Shown piece after piece: positions 41,116-50,317 of a stretch of DNA of 64,000 nucleotides (positions are counted from its first letter, which is position 1; each line of letters starts with the position of its first letter). A model generated the notes under the pieces. The model was not told the DNA's origin, made no database searches, and saw only the letters and a program-made list of their open reading frames with translations. This stretch comes from an uncultured Candidatus Actinomarina sp. GTDB lineage: Bacteria > Actinomycetota > Acidimicrobiia > Actinomarinales > Actinomarinaceae. The DNA lies in assembly GCA_902571385.1 (NCBI GenBank), contig CACGBK010000002.1, positions 56,684 through 120,683 on the forward strand, written 5' to 3'. A program made the translations under genes and the position numbers.

Positions 41116-41610
41116 TTAGCAGTTTTCAGGAAAAGATTTATCATTTCTTAACCAGTATGAATCTCTGTCGATGATATTCTCAGAAATAGATATTTGAATA
41201 TCTTTAACAGAGTCACCATAAATTTTTACACTGTTATGGCCATGGTTGTACATAACGGAAATTATATCTTTGTCTTTATTATTTACTACATCAATTGTTG
41301 GAGAGTAACAGATTTTATTTATTTCTAAATCGTCTATTTTAAGATTAAAAAAACTTTTTTGGTCATATTTCAACTTTTTTAATTCGATGTTCCTATCAGG
41401 TATATTTGTAAAGATTAATTTTCCAGAGATATCACTTCTAAATTCAAACCTATTTTCAATTTCACCAGATGTTGACAATAGCTGTATTTCAAAATCTATC
41501 ATCTTGTCACTTATTTGAATATTATTAGTTGAATCATTTGGAGGGCCACAACTCATCAAAAATACAATAAGTAAAAAACGTTTATTAGACAATATTTTCA
41601 TATTTTTCAC
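41116..41610 (-). CDS. Putative lipoprotein
   Basis: Signal peptide FLLIVFLMSC with lipobox-like LMSC followed by polar domain; convergent with upstream operon. Confidence 0.4.
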   Translation of the reverse strand: MKNMKILSNKRFLLIVFLMSCGPPNDSTNNIQISDKMIDFEIQLLSTSGEIENRFEFRSDISGKLIFTNIPDRNIELKKLKYDQKSFFNLKIDDLEINKICYSPTIDVVNNKDKDIISVMYNHGHNSVKIYGDSVKDIQISISENIIDRDSYWLRNDKSFPENC

Positions 41611-42877
41611 TTGATCTTAAATAAATGAGCTTAACTAGGAAAATAAAAAAGAGTAATACCGAAGAAAAAGTCAAAAAATTTGGCTCTAATCTTGTTACAA
41701 AGTAAGGCTCCAAATAATATATAGAAAACTCATAAGTTAAAATGGCAAGGCTTAATAAAATACTCCTGTGATATTTGAAATTAATATAAATTAATGAAAA
41801 AAATATAAAATAACCCAGACTATAGTTAACGAATCGAAAATTTGGATACAATCCTTGAAAGCTCCAAAAAACATAAATTATTAAGGAGACGTAAAAAATA
41901 TTACTAAAATTCGTTTCAAATATTTTTTTAGAATTAAATACTATTAAAAATGCAAATAGAAAAATTCCAATAGCAAAATAAGAAATATAATTTCTTGTAA
42001 CTGTCCAACTACAATTTAGAAAAGTTTCTAACTGTTGGCATGACATATCGTGATAGATTTTATTGTTTCCAGAAATTAGATCAATTAACCAGTAAAATTG
42101 TCCATAGACCTCCCTGTTCCAATCATAAGAATTATAATTTGAAAAATAAATGATTGTCTCATATAAAGTTGTTGGTAAAAAAATTAGAAAACTATTTTTA
42201 AATAATTCGAAAAGATTTAATTCTTTATTATTAAAAGATCTAATAATTATATATACAAAACCATAAATTATTGCTGACCTATGAAAAAGAGAAGCTGTTC
42301 CTATCAAAATAAAAAAAGATGACTTTGTATAAAAAGTTTTATCGTCATTCATCTTTCTTAATGTATAAATAAAAAGTAGCAATGTTATATTTCCGTGAGA
42401 TGGAAAAAGAAGATTCCATCTAATATTTGGTATTGAAAATAATGTAATCAATAAGAGAATATTTTTAAAATCAATTTTTTCAATTTTAAAATATTTTAAA
42501 GCATTCAAACCAATAAGAAAAAGAATAATATATTGTACAATTATCATTGCAAGTCTGAATTCAATGTATTCACTAATCATTCCGAATGTTAAAATACTTA
42601 CAAGTTTTCTTAAAGATGTAATCAACAGTATATAAAGTGGTCTCTTCTGATATGGATTATTTTCAGAGAAAAAGAACTCTAAACTTCCAGAAGCTTGTCT
42701 GTAAGGACCTTCGTCACAATGAATTGGAAGAGTTGCATTGATTGATTCAAAAAAATTTGTAGATACACACCAAAAAAATGAACTGTCTGCCCCAAGTATT
42801 AAAAACTCAATAGAGTATGAAGCTAGAAAATATAAAAAAGTCAAGGACAATAAATAAAACGTTTTTTTAGTAATCAA
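41585..42877 (-). CDS. Polytopic membrane protein (430 aa), unknown function
   Basis: About 11 hydrophobic segments, no recognisable motif; divergent from GtrB-like gene. Confidence 0.4.
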   Translation of the reverse strand: MITKKTFYLLSLTFLYFLASYSIEFLILGADSSFFWCVSTNFFESINATLPIHCDEGPYRQASGSLEFFFSENNPYQKRPLYILLITSLRKLVSILTFGMISEYIEFRLAMIIVQYIILFLIGLNALKYFKIEKIDFKNILLLITLFSIPNIRWNLLFPSHGNITLLLFIYTLRKMNDDKTFYTKSSFFILIGTASLFHRSAIIYGFVYIIIRSFNNKELNLFELFKNSFLIFLPTTLYETIIYFSNYNSYDWNREVYGQFYWLIDLISGNNKIYHDMSCQQLETFLNCSWTVTRNYISYFAIGIFLFAFLIVFNSKKIFETNFSNIFYVSLIIYVFWSFQGLYPNFRFVNYSLGYFIFFSLIYINFKYHRSILLSLAILTYEFSIYYLEPYFVTRLEPNFLTFSSVLLFFIFLVKLIYLRSSEKYENIV

Positions 42878-42915
42878 TTTCTTTAAACATCAGTTTTTCT
42901 TATTAGTATTACTTT

Positions 42916-43794
42916 ATGAATTCTAATGTATCGATTGTAATACCTGTTTATAACGAAGAATTACATATAGAAAATGTAGTTGAGTCCGTTGAAAAATATT
43001 GTGAAAATATAATTGTTGTAGATGATAAATCAACAGATAGTAGCCTTGATATATTAAAAAAATTAGAAACAAAATATTCAAAAAAAATATTTATTTTAGA
43101 AAATGAAAAAAACTCAGGAATAGGATACTCAGTTAAAAAAGGATTTAGTAAAGCACTAGATCTTGATAATGATATAGTCATAAAATTTGATGGGGACAAT
43201 CAACACTTACCAGAAGATATTCCAAAATTTATTGAAAAAATAACAAAAGAAGGTTTTGATTTTGTTAAGGGTAATAGATTTTTAAACAATGCTTATTCAA
43301 AACCAATGCCAAATTTAAAAATACTTGGAAACTTAATTACCACAAATCTCCAAAAAATAGTTTCGGGAAATTATGCAATATCAGATCCTAATAACGGCTT
43401 TCTAGGAGTAAAAAAAGAATGTTTAAACATCATTGATTTCAAGAATCTTAAAAACAATTATTTTTTTGAAAATTCCCTCCTTATCAATATGTCTTCTCTT
43501 GGTTTGAAAATTGGAGAGGTTCCTATTCAAACAATTTACCAAAACGAAAAATCAAGCATTCCTATATTTATGGCTAGCCTTAAAATTATCCCAACATTTA
43601 TCATCTTTTTTTATATGCGGAACGTTTTGAATGCCAAATTTAATTTATCTATTAACTCTATTGTCTTTTTTATTTTTTTAATAATTTTTGTAATAAACTT
43701 ATTTGTTAATAACTTATCTTTATGGGCAGTGTCAATATTCTTACTCATTATTTATTTAATAATTGATATTTTTAACTTTTATAGTAAAAATTAA
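42916..43794 (+). CDS. Polyprenyl-phosphate glycosyltransferase (GtrB / DPM1-like GT2 with C-terminal TM anchor)
   Basis: VSIVIPVYNEELHIENVVESV...IVVDDKSTDSS, DGDNQH; two C-terminal TM helices as in GtrB/ArnC/AglD-type enzymes. Confidence 0.75.
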   Translation: MNSNVSIVIPVYNEELHIENVVESVEKYCENIIVVDDKSTDSSLDILKKLETKYSKKIFILENEKNSGIGYSVKKGFSKALDLDNDIVIKFDGDNQHLPEDIPKFIEKITKEGFDFVKGNRFLNNAYSKPMPNLKILGNLITTNLQKIVSGNYAISDPNNGFLGVKKECLNIIDFKNLKNNYFFENSLLINMSSLGLKIGEVPIQTIYQNEKSSIPIFMASLKIIPTFIIFFYMRNVLNAKFNLSINSIVFFIFLIIFVINLFVNNLSLWAVSIFLLIIYLIIDIFNFYSKN

Positions 43795-45162
43795 ATGATT
43801 AAATCAAAAATATATTATTTATTCCCACTTCCGTTTATTTATAATTTTTTTAATAATTTTTTAAATAACAATTTAAAGATTGAGCATATTGACACTTACT
43901 CTATAATTCTCACCTTTGCATACTTTGCTTTTTTGTTAACGATTGGACATTTAATTTCAGATTCATTAGAAATTAATAACCTATCCTTATCAATTGGATT
44001 ATTTTTAATGAGCTTCTTTATTGGTAATTTTTTCACTCTATATTTTGATAAATTTTTCTTGAGTTTCCATAACTACTTTTATTTGACTATAGTTTTATGG
44101 ATTTTTGTATTTTTGATTAACTATAAAAAAATTAACATAAATAAATTATTCACATTATTTATTACATTTTTGATTACAAAACTGTTATCAAATAATTATT
44201 CGAATATGTCTTTTCAGCACAAAGAACTATCAACTGACACAACCTTTTTTTGGACACCGATGTCTAAAATGATATACGAAAATAGTTTATTTTACAGCTT
44301 AGAAAATAATATCATTTCCGGTTACGGATTGCTTATTAACTACATACATGCAGTAAATTTTAAATTAATTTTTGATTCAGAAGTCTTTAGTTATTCACCA
44401 GCAACTACTAACGTTTTTTTATTTCTAGGATTACTTTTCATATACGAGTTAAGAGTAAAAAAACCAATAAAGTTGAGTGCATCATTAATTTATGTCTCAA
44501 TATTGGTGAATAGTGATTGGTTGAGCTTTTTATTTTTTAATTCGACAATGGGAGAAGTAATTACAAACTATCTATTTACTATATTTTTTTTATTTATTTT
44601 TGAGAGTAAAACAATCTTTAAAGATAATATTCAACTTCGGAATCGGTATCTGGTTTTAACTTTTTCTGGATTCCTATATTTCTCAAAACCTTTTGTTTCT
44701 TATCTGATTCTAATTGCAATATTTATTTTATTTATAATCGAAAAAGACATCCGGATTCTTTTTTCTGGTTTTTTTGGTTTACTAATTAATTTTTTAAATT
44801 ATAGATTTGTCATCTCAGGAAACATTCAAGATGGTTATCTCAACTCGTCTGAGATTAGTAGTATTAATTCACTTGCTAATCTAAACTTCGATAACATTTT
44901 TACAATTTTTAAAAATTTTTATATTCTAGATAAGGTAACTTCATTATTTATATTCTTTCTTCTAGTTATCTTAATTTTTAATTTTATTAAATTTAGATCT
45001 TTATCAAAATCCACACTTATCATTTTTCTGAATTTGGTCCTTGTTTTTTATTTATATTCTTCAATTTGGGAAAGTAAAGAGCTTGAGTCTGCGTACAGGT
45101 ACATTTTGACGTTTATTAATCTTTATTTTTTTGTTTATATAGATGAGGTCAAAAAACTCTAA
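43795..45162 (+). CDS. Polytopic membrane protein (455 aa), candidate partner (GT-C/GtrC-like) of the GtrB-like synthase
   Basis: ATG immediately follows stop of GtrB-like gene; about 11 TM helices; no motif assignable. Confidence 0.4.
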   Translation: MIKSKIYYLFPLPFIYNFFNNFLNNNLKIEHIDTYSIILTFAYFAFLLTIGHLISDSLEINNLSLSIGLFLMSFFIGNFFTLYFDKFFLSFHNYFYLTIVLWIFVFLINYKKININKLFTLFITFLITKLLSNNYSNMSFQHKELSTDTTFFWTPMSKMIYENSLFYSLENNIISGYGLLINYIHAVNFKLIFDSEVFSYSPATTNVFLFLGLLFIYELRVKKPIKLSASLIYVSILVNSDWLSFLFFNSTMGEVITNYLFTIFFLFIFESKTIFKDNIQLRNRYLVLTFSGFLYFSKPFVSYLILIAIFILFIIEKDIRILFSGFFGLLINFLNYRFVISGNIQDGYLNSSEISSINSLANLNFDNIFTIFKNFYILDKVTSLFIFFLLVILIFNFIKFRSLSKSTLIIFLNLVLVFYLYSSIWESKELESAYRYILTFINLYFFVYIDEVKKL

Positions 45163-45203
45163 ATCACAATGCTTTAATTTATTGAATTCAAGAAAAACCC
45201 TTG

Positions 45204-45277
45204 TGGGCGCTACAGGATTTGAACCTGTGACTTCTTCCTTGTAAGGGAAGCGCTCTGCCAGACTGAGCTAAGCGCCC
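45204..45277 (-). tRNA. tRNA-Val (anticodon UAC)
   Basis: Minus-strand GGGCGCTTAGCTCAGTCTGGCAGAGCGCTTCCCTTACAAGGAAGAAGTCACAGGTTCAAATCCTGTAGCGCCCA folds as cloverleaf: 7-bp acceptor, GCTC/GAGC D-stem, CTTCC/GGAAG anticodon stem with loop CTTACAA, GGTTCAAATCC T-arm, discriminator A; CCA not encoded. Confidence 0.85.
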
Positions 45278-45322
45278 TAAAAAATAATTATATGCAGTAT
45301 TATTTCATTAAGTAAAAGTAAT

Positions 45323-46756
45323 TTACTCTTTTTGGACAGGTGCTGATCGTCCCGTATTAATTTCCTCGTGGTAGTCCTCTTCAACATTTATTTTCCATAT
45401 ATCATTTGTCTCACCTAGGATTATATTTCTAACACTTTTTACAGCTGTCATCATTGAATGATCTTGATTGTTATATCTATGCATGCCATTTCTTCCAATT
45501 GGATAGATATTTAAGTGTTCTTCCTTAAGCCATTCTTCAATATTTGATATATTTTCAGAATAATTTAAATCATATACTGGATAAGCCTTTGGCATTCTTA
45601 CTACGTATCCTTCTAGTGCTGAATTTTTTTTAATTAAAGATAATTTTTCTAGCTCTTCTGTAGCTAAAGAAATTAGATTTTCGTCATCCATACTCCACAA
45701 TTCGTCACCAATATTTACAAAATATTCTAACCCAAGACAAGTTTTTCCTTCTTTAACCATAAAGGGTGACCAACTTCCATAATTTTGAACTCTTCCCACT
45801 TTTACATCGGGTTCATGAATATATATCCAATTGTCAGGGAACGCATCTTCTTCTTTTATTACTAGTGCTACAGATAAAAAGTCTCTAAATTTTAAATTTT
45901 CCCCTGATGATTTGACTCGGTCTATTGGCTCAGGTTTTATAGTTTTTGGAAGATGAGCAAGAGGCATACTACTCAAAATATTTTTTGCTTTATAAATTTC
46001 ACCTTCTTTTGTAGAAACTAAATAATGATCATCGTTTTTAGAAATTTCTAAAACTCTGGAACTTAAATTTATTTCGTGCCCCTGATCTAAAAGTTTTTTA
46101 TAAGCAGTCTCCCACATCATGCCAGGTCCATATTTTGGATATTTAAATTTATCAATCAAAGTAGTTATTATTTCACCAGATTTATTTATTTGAAAAGCAT
46201 TTAATATTGCTTTCATCAATGATAGGTTTTTTATTCGTTGGCTAGCCCAGTCAGCTCCTATTGATGTTGCATCAACTCCCCAAACTTTTTCAGTATATGT
46301 TTTAAAAAATATGTTGTAGAGTCTCCATCCAAATCGTGCAGCAACCCAGTTTTCAAAATTGTCCTGATTTTTTGGTGGCCGAATCCTTACATAAAAGTAT
46401 GAAAGAACACATCTTATGGCTTCTATAATTCCAAGGTTAAGCAATGCGTTTGATGCTTTCAGCGGGTAGTCGTAAAATTTATTTTTGTAGTAAATTCGGC
46501 TCATTCTAGGTCTTAATAAAAAGTCCTCCTTTTCAAGTATTTCATCCCATATTTCATATACTTCATCTACTTTTGTAAAAAATCTATGTCCTCCAATGTC
46601 AAATCTCCAACCATTTCTTTCAACTGTTCTACTAATTCCTCCAACCTCTTTATCACCTTCAAGAATAAGAGTCTTCAGTCCATGTTTATTGGCCTCCCAG
46701 GCGGCGGTAAGCCCAGCGGGACCGGCACCAATTATTAAAATTTCATAAGTATTCAA
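45323..46756 (-). CDS. FAD-dependent oxidoreductase (amine-oxidase/phytoene-desaturase-like superfamily)
   Basis: YEILIIGAGPAGLTAAWEANKHGLKTLILEGDKEVGGISRT...DIGGHRFF dinucleotide-binding motif; 477 aa. Confidence 0.6.
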   Translation of the reverse strand: MNTYEILIIGAGPAGLTAAWEANKHGLKTLILEGDKEVGGISRTVERNGWRFDIGGHRFFTKVDEVYEIWDEILEKEDFLLRPRMSRIYYKNKFYDYPLKASNALLNLGIIEAIRCVLSYFYVRIRPPKNQDNFENWVAARFGWRLYNIFFKTYTEKVWGVDATSIGADWASQRIKNLSLMKAILNAFQINKSGEIITTLIDKFKYPKYGPGMMWETAYKKLLDQGHEINLSSRVLEISKNDDHYLVSTKEGEIYKAKNILSSMPLAHLPKTIKPEPIDRVKSSGENLKFRDFLSVALVIKEEDAFPDNWIYIHEPDVKVGRVQNYGSWSPFMVKEGKTCLGLEYFVNIGDELWSMDDENLISLATEELEKLSLIKKNSALEGYVVRMPKAYPVYDLNYSENISNIEEWLKEEHLNIYPIGRNGMHRYNNQDHSMMTAVKSVRNIILGETNDIWKINVEEDYHEEINTGRSAPVQKE

Positions 46757-46801
46757 TTAAGAGTTCCTTGATATATATATTAATCTTATCGGTTTTAAGA
46801 A

Positions 46802-49800
46802 TTAGCTGCAGCCGAGTGAGTTGCCGCAGTTCAAACATTTATAACATGACCCATTTCTAATAGTTATGTGACCACATTCATTACAAGCAGGAGCGTCACC
46901 CATCATATCTCCAAGAACTTCTTGGACTGTTGTAACAGAATTTGCTGTAACATCACTTACTTCTAAAACCTCTGTTTCTTCTAATTTTGTTACAAACTGA
47001 ACTTCTTGATTACTACTCATAGATTGATCAATTGTTGTATTGTTTGTTGGTTCTACTTCTTGAATTTCACTAGATGAATCAACCGTATCTTGAACAGGAG
47101 CAGCTGGAGCTTCTTGAACAGGAGCAGCTGGAGCTTCTTGAACAGGCTCATCTATTTCTTTGGGTGGATTCTGTACTATGTCTGTTCGGTTCAAATATTC
47201 TAAACCAAGTGCTCTAAAGACATAGTCAATAATTGAGTTGCTCATTTTTATATTTTCGTGACCCTCAACCATTCCTCGTGGTTCAAATGTCTGAAAAGTG
47301 AAAGTATCAACAAACTCTTCTAATGGAACACCATATTGCAATCCTTTAGATACAGCGATAGCGAAACACCCAAGAACACCTTTTAGAGTTGCGCCTTCTT
47401 TTGCAATATCTATGAAAACTTCACCAAGTGTACCATCTGGATATTCTCCAGTTCTAAGATATACCTTGTGTCCAGCAATTTTTGCTTCTTGAGTCCATCC
47501 CTCTCTTCTCTCGGGTAATAAGAATCTTGGCCTTGTTGTTCCAGCATATGCTTTAGTTGGACTTGTTCCTGCAGGATAGTTTCCATTCATCAACATTGAT
47601 TCACTTTCAATTATTTCAGAGACTTGCGGATCAGTTTCTTCGGACTCACCATCATCCGAAGATGCAGACAACGGCTGAGATGCTTTAGAGCCGTCTCTGT
47701 ATATTGCAATTGCTTTAATTCCTAATCCAGCAGATTCAAAATAGCAGTTCTCAATATCTTCTATTGTTGCTTCATTTGGCATGTTAACTGTTTTGGAAAT
47801 AGCTCCTGAAATAAATGGTTGTGCTGCCGCCATCATTCTCACATGGCCCATATAGTGAATGAATCTCTCACCATCTTTACCGCACTTATTTGCGCAATCA
47901 AAGACATCAAGATCAGTGTCTTTTAAATGTGGGGCACCCTCAATTGTTTGGGTTCCGCATATATGCTTATTAGCTTCTGCAATTTCAGTTTTTGTAAATC
48001 CTAATGTTTCTAAAAGATTAAAATCGAAAGATGTATAATCTTCTTCGGATATTCCTAATCTTTGCATAGCTTCTTCACCTATAACAAAAACATTAAAAGC
48101 ATGTTGAATTTCAAAAGCTCCAGGTAATGAGCCCTCTATATTTTGAATATCTTGATCATTGAGGCCTTTAGCCTTTAATGTTTCTCTGTTTATAAATGGG
48201 GAATCATTTAGTGACATTGAGCCAATTACATATTTGATAATATCTTCTGTCTCATCACTGCTATATCCAAGAGCACTGAGTGCTGGACCTATTGATTGGT
48301 TTGCAATTTTCATATAACCACCACCAGCTAATTTTTTAAATTTCATTAATGCAAAATCTGGTTCAACACCTGTTGTATCACAGTCCATAAGCAATCCGAT
48401 AGTTCCTGTTGGAGCAAGTACTGTTGCTTGTGCATTTCTGTACCCAAATTGCTCACCAAGTTCAAGGGCTCCATCCCAAGAAGCCTTTGCACCATTTAAT
48501 AAATCTTCAGGACAAAGTTCTTGATCTATTGGTAATAGGTCGTGACTTATTCCAACATAGTCATTTGAATCATAAGCTGCTTTTCTGTGATTTCCCATTA
48601 CTCGAAGCATGTTGTCTTTATTTTCAGAATATTTTGGAAATGGACCAACAACACTTGCCATCTCAGCAGATGTTTTATACGCTTCACCAGTTAACATGGC
48701 TGTAAGCGCTCCAGCTATTGCTCTTCCAAGGTCAGAGTCATAAGCAATTCCCTTTCTCATTAAAAGTGATCCTAGGTTTGCATAACCAAGACCAAGAGTT
48801 CTGTAATCATATGAACCTTGAGCTATTTCTTTTGATGGGAATTGTGCCATTTCAACTGATATTTCTAATACAATTGTCCAGATTCTTAGAGCATGTTTGT
48901 AAGAATCAATATTAAAAACTTGTTTTTCATCATCATAAAACTTAACTAAGTTCAAACTAGCCAAGTTACATGCTGTGTTGTCTAAGAATAAATATTCAGA
49001 ACATGGATTCGATGCTCTGATTTGACCACCAGCTGGTGAAGTGTGCCATTCATTAATAGTTGTGTTGTATTGAACACCTGGATCTGCGCATCTCCATGCG
49101 GCGTCTGCAATTTTGTTCCAAAGATCTCTAGCTTTTACAGTTTTCATTGTTGATCCGTCTGTTCTCGCAGTAAGCTCCCAGTCTCCGTCTGTTTCAAGAG
49201 CTTTAATAAATTCGTTAGGTACTCTTACAGAGTTGTTGGAGTTTTGACCAGAAACAGTTTCATATGCTTCGCCGTTGTAATCAGAAGGATAACCAGCTGC
49301 AATTAATGCTCTTGCCTTATCTTCTTCAATTGCTTTCCACTCTATAAAATCTTCAATATCTGGGTGGTCAAGATCAAGGATTACCATCTTTGCTGCACGT
49401 CTGGTAGTTCCTCCAGATTTTATTGCGCCAGCTGCTCTATCACCGATCTTCAAGAAAGACATAACTCCTGATGACATTCCACCACCTGAAAGCTTTTCTC
49501 CTTCTCCTCTTAAATTTGAAAAGTTTGTGCCTGTACCAGATCCAAATTTAAAAAGTCTTGCTTCCTTAACCCACAAATCCATGATTCCACCTTCATTCAC
49601 AAGGTCATCATCAATAGATTGAATAAAACAAGCATGTGGTTGTGGCCTCGAATATGAATCTTCTCCTGGAGTTAACTCACCTGTTGCAGGGTCGACAAAC
49701 CAAAAACCTTGTGCTTTACCTGTAAGGTCATATTTATAATTTAAACCTGTGTTAAACCATTGAGGACTGTTAGGTGCTGCCATTTGTGTTGCAAGCATGT

Positions 49801-50191
49801 ACTTTAGTTCATCTTCAAATGCTTGTGCGTCTTCTTCAGAGGCAAAGTATCCTGTTTTTTCTCCCCAGTGTCTCCATGTCTCGGCAAGTCTATTAAATAC
49901 TTGTTTTGATGATGTTTCAGGACCTAAGATTTTTTGTCCATTATCATCAAGTAATTCTTTTCCATTTTCGTCTACTTGAGGGACTCCAGCTTTTCTGAAG
50001 TATTTTGAAACCATAATATCTGTTGCTACTTGTGACCAGGTAGATGGGATTTCAACATCGTTCATTTCAAAAACCACTGACCCATCTGGGTTGGCTATCT
50101 TGGAGCTTCTTTTCTCCCAAACAATATCTTTATAAGGATTACCTGGTGAGGTATATTTCCTATTTATCTTGAGCCCTGAATTTTTTGCCAC
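46802..50191 (-). CDS. nrdJ: Ribonucleoside-diphosphate/triphosphate reductase, class II-like, 1129 aa with C-terminal low-complexity repeat and Cys4 ribbon
   Basis: NPCSEYLFLDNTACNLASLNL active-site region; size and domain order typical of B12-dependent RNR; GTG start at 50191 preceded by AAAGGAGAAATT SD; C-terminus PVQEAPAAPVQEAPAAPVQ...CNECGHI...CYKCLNCGNSLGC. Confidence 0.75.
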   Translation of the reverse strand: MAKNSGLKINRKYTSPGNPYKDIVWEKRSSKIANPDGSVVFEMNDVEIPSTWSQVATDIMVSKYFRKAGVPQVDENGKELLDDNGQKILGPETSSKQVFNRLAETWRHWGEKTGYFASEEDAQAFEDELKYMLATQMAAPNSPQWFNTGLNYKYDLTGKAQGFWFVDPATGELTPGEDSYSRPQPHACFIQSIDDDLVNEGGIMDLWVKEARLFKFGSGTGTNFSNLRGEGEKLSGGGMSSGVMSFLKIGDRAAGAIKSGGTTRRAAKMVILDLDHPDIEDFIEWKAIEEDKARALIAAGYPSDYNGEAYETVSGQNSNNSVRVPNEFIKALETDGDWELTARTDGSTMKTVKARDLWNKIADAAWRCADPGVQYNTTINEWHTSPAGGQIRASNPCSEYLFLDNTACNLASLNLVKFYDDEKQVFNIDSYKHALRIWTIVLEISVEMAQFPSKEIAQGSYDYRTLGLGYANLGSLLMRKGIAYDSDLGRAIAGALTAMLTGEAYKTSAEMASVVGPFPKYSENKDNMLRVMGNHRKAAYDSNDYVGISHDLLPIDQELCPEDLLNGAKASWDGALELGEQFGYRNAQATVLAPTGTIGLLMDCDTTGVEPDFALMKFKKLAGGGYMKIANQSIGPALSALGYSSDETEDIIKYVIGSMSLNDSPFINRETLKAKGLNDQDIQNIEGSLPGAFEIQHAFNVFVIGEEAMQRLGISEEDYTSFDFNLLETLGFTKTEIAEANKHICGTQTIEGAPHLKDTDLDVFDCANKCGKDGERFIHYMGHVRMMAAAQPFISGAISKTVNMPNEATIEDIENCYFESAGLGIKAIAIYRDGSKASQPLSASSDDGESEETDPQVSEIIESESMLMNGNYPAGTSPTKAYAGTTRPRFLLPERREGWTQEAKIAGHKVYLRTGEYPDGTLGEVFIDIAKEGATLKGVLGCFAIAVSKGLQYGVPLEEFVDTFTFQTFEPRGMVEGHENIKMSNSIIDYVFRALGLEYLNRTDIVQNPPKEIDEPVQEAPAAPVQEAPAAPVQDTVDSSSEIQEVEPTNNTTIDQSMSSNQEVQFVTKLEETEVLEVSDVTANSVTTVQEVLGDMMGDAPACNECGHITIRNGSCYKCLNCGNSLGCS
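47089..47146. repeat. In-frame tandem repeat, 24-nt unit x2.4 (CTTGAACAGGAGCAGCTGGAGCTT) inside nrdJ encoding PAAPVQEA repeats
   Basis: Read directly: units at 47089-47112, 47113-47136, partial 47137-47146. Confidence 0.85.
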
Positions 50192-50317
50192 AATTTCTCC
50201 TTTTTATAACTAAATGTAGTATATGCCACTGTTCTTAACACTAAATATAGTGTTTTTTAATTATATACAAATCACTTTAATTTTCAAGCATATCTAGGTA
50301 AAATTTTCGCGAGGATA
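50192..50317. promoter_or_regulatory. Divergent intergenic region between nrdJ and the downstream membrane-protein gene (likely promoters; candidate NrdR-type operator location)
   Basis: 126-bp AT-rich non-coding gap between divergently oriented starts; contains SD of nrdJ. Confidence 0.3.

Noticed and set aside
45163-45322. Attachment-site direct repeat or integrase next to tRNA-Val
   Set aside because: No partial duplicate of the tRNA 3' end and no recombinase ORF were found in the window. If a far boundary repeat exists it lies beyond position 1.
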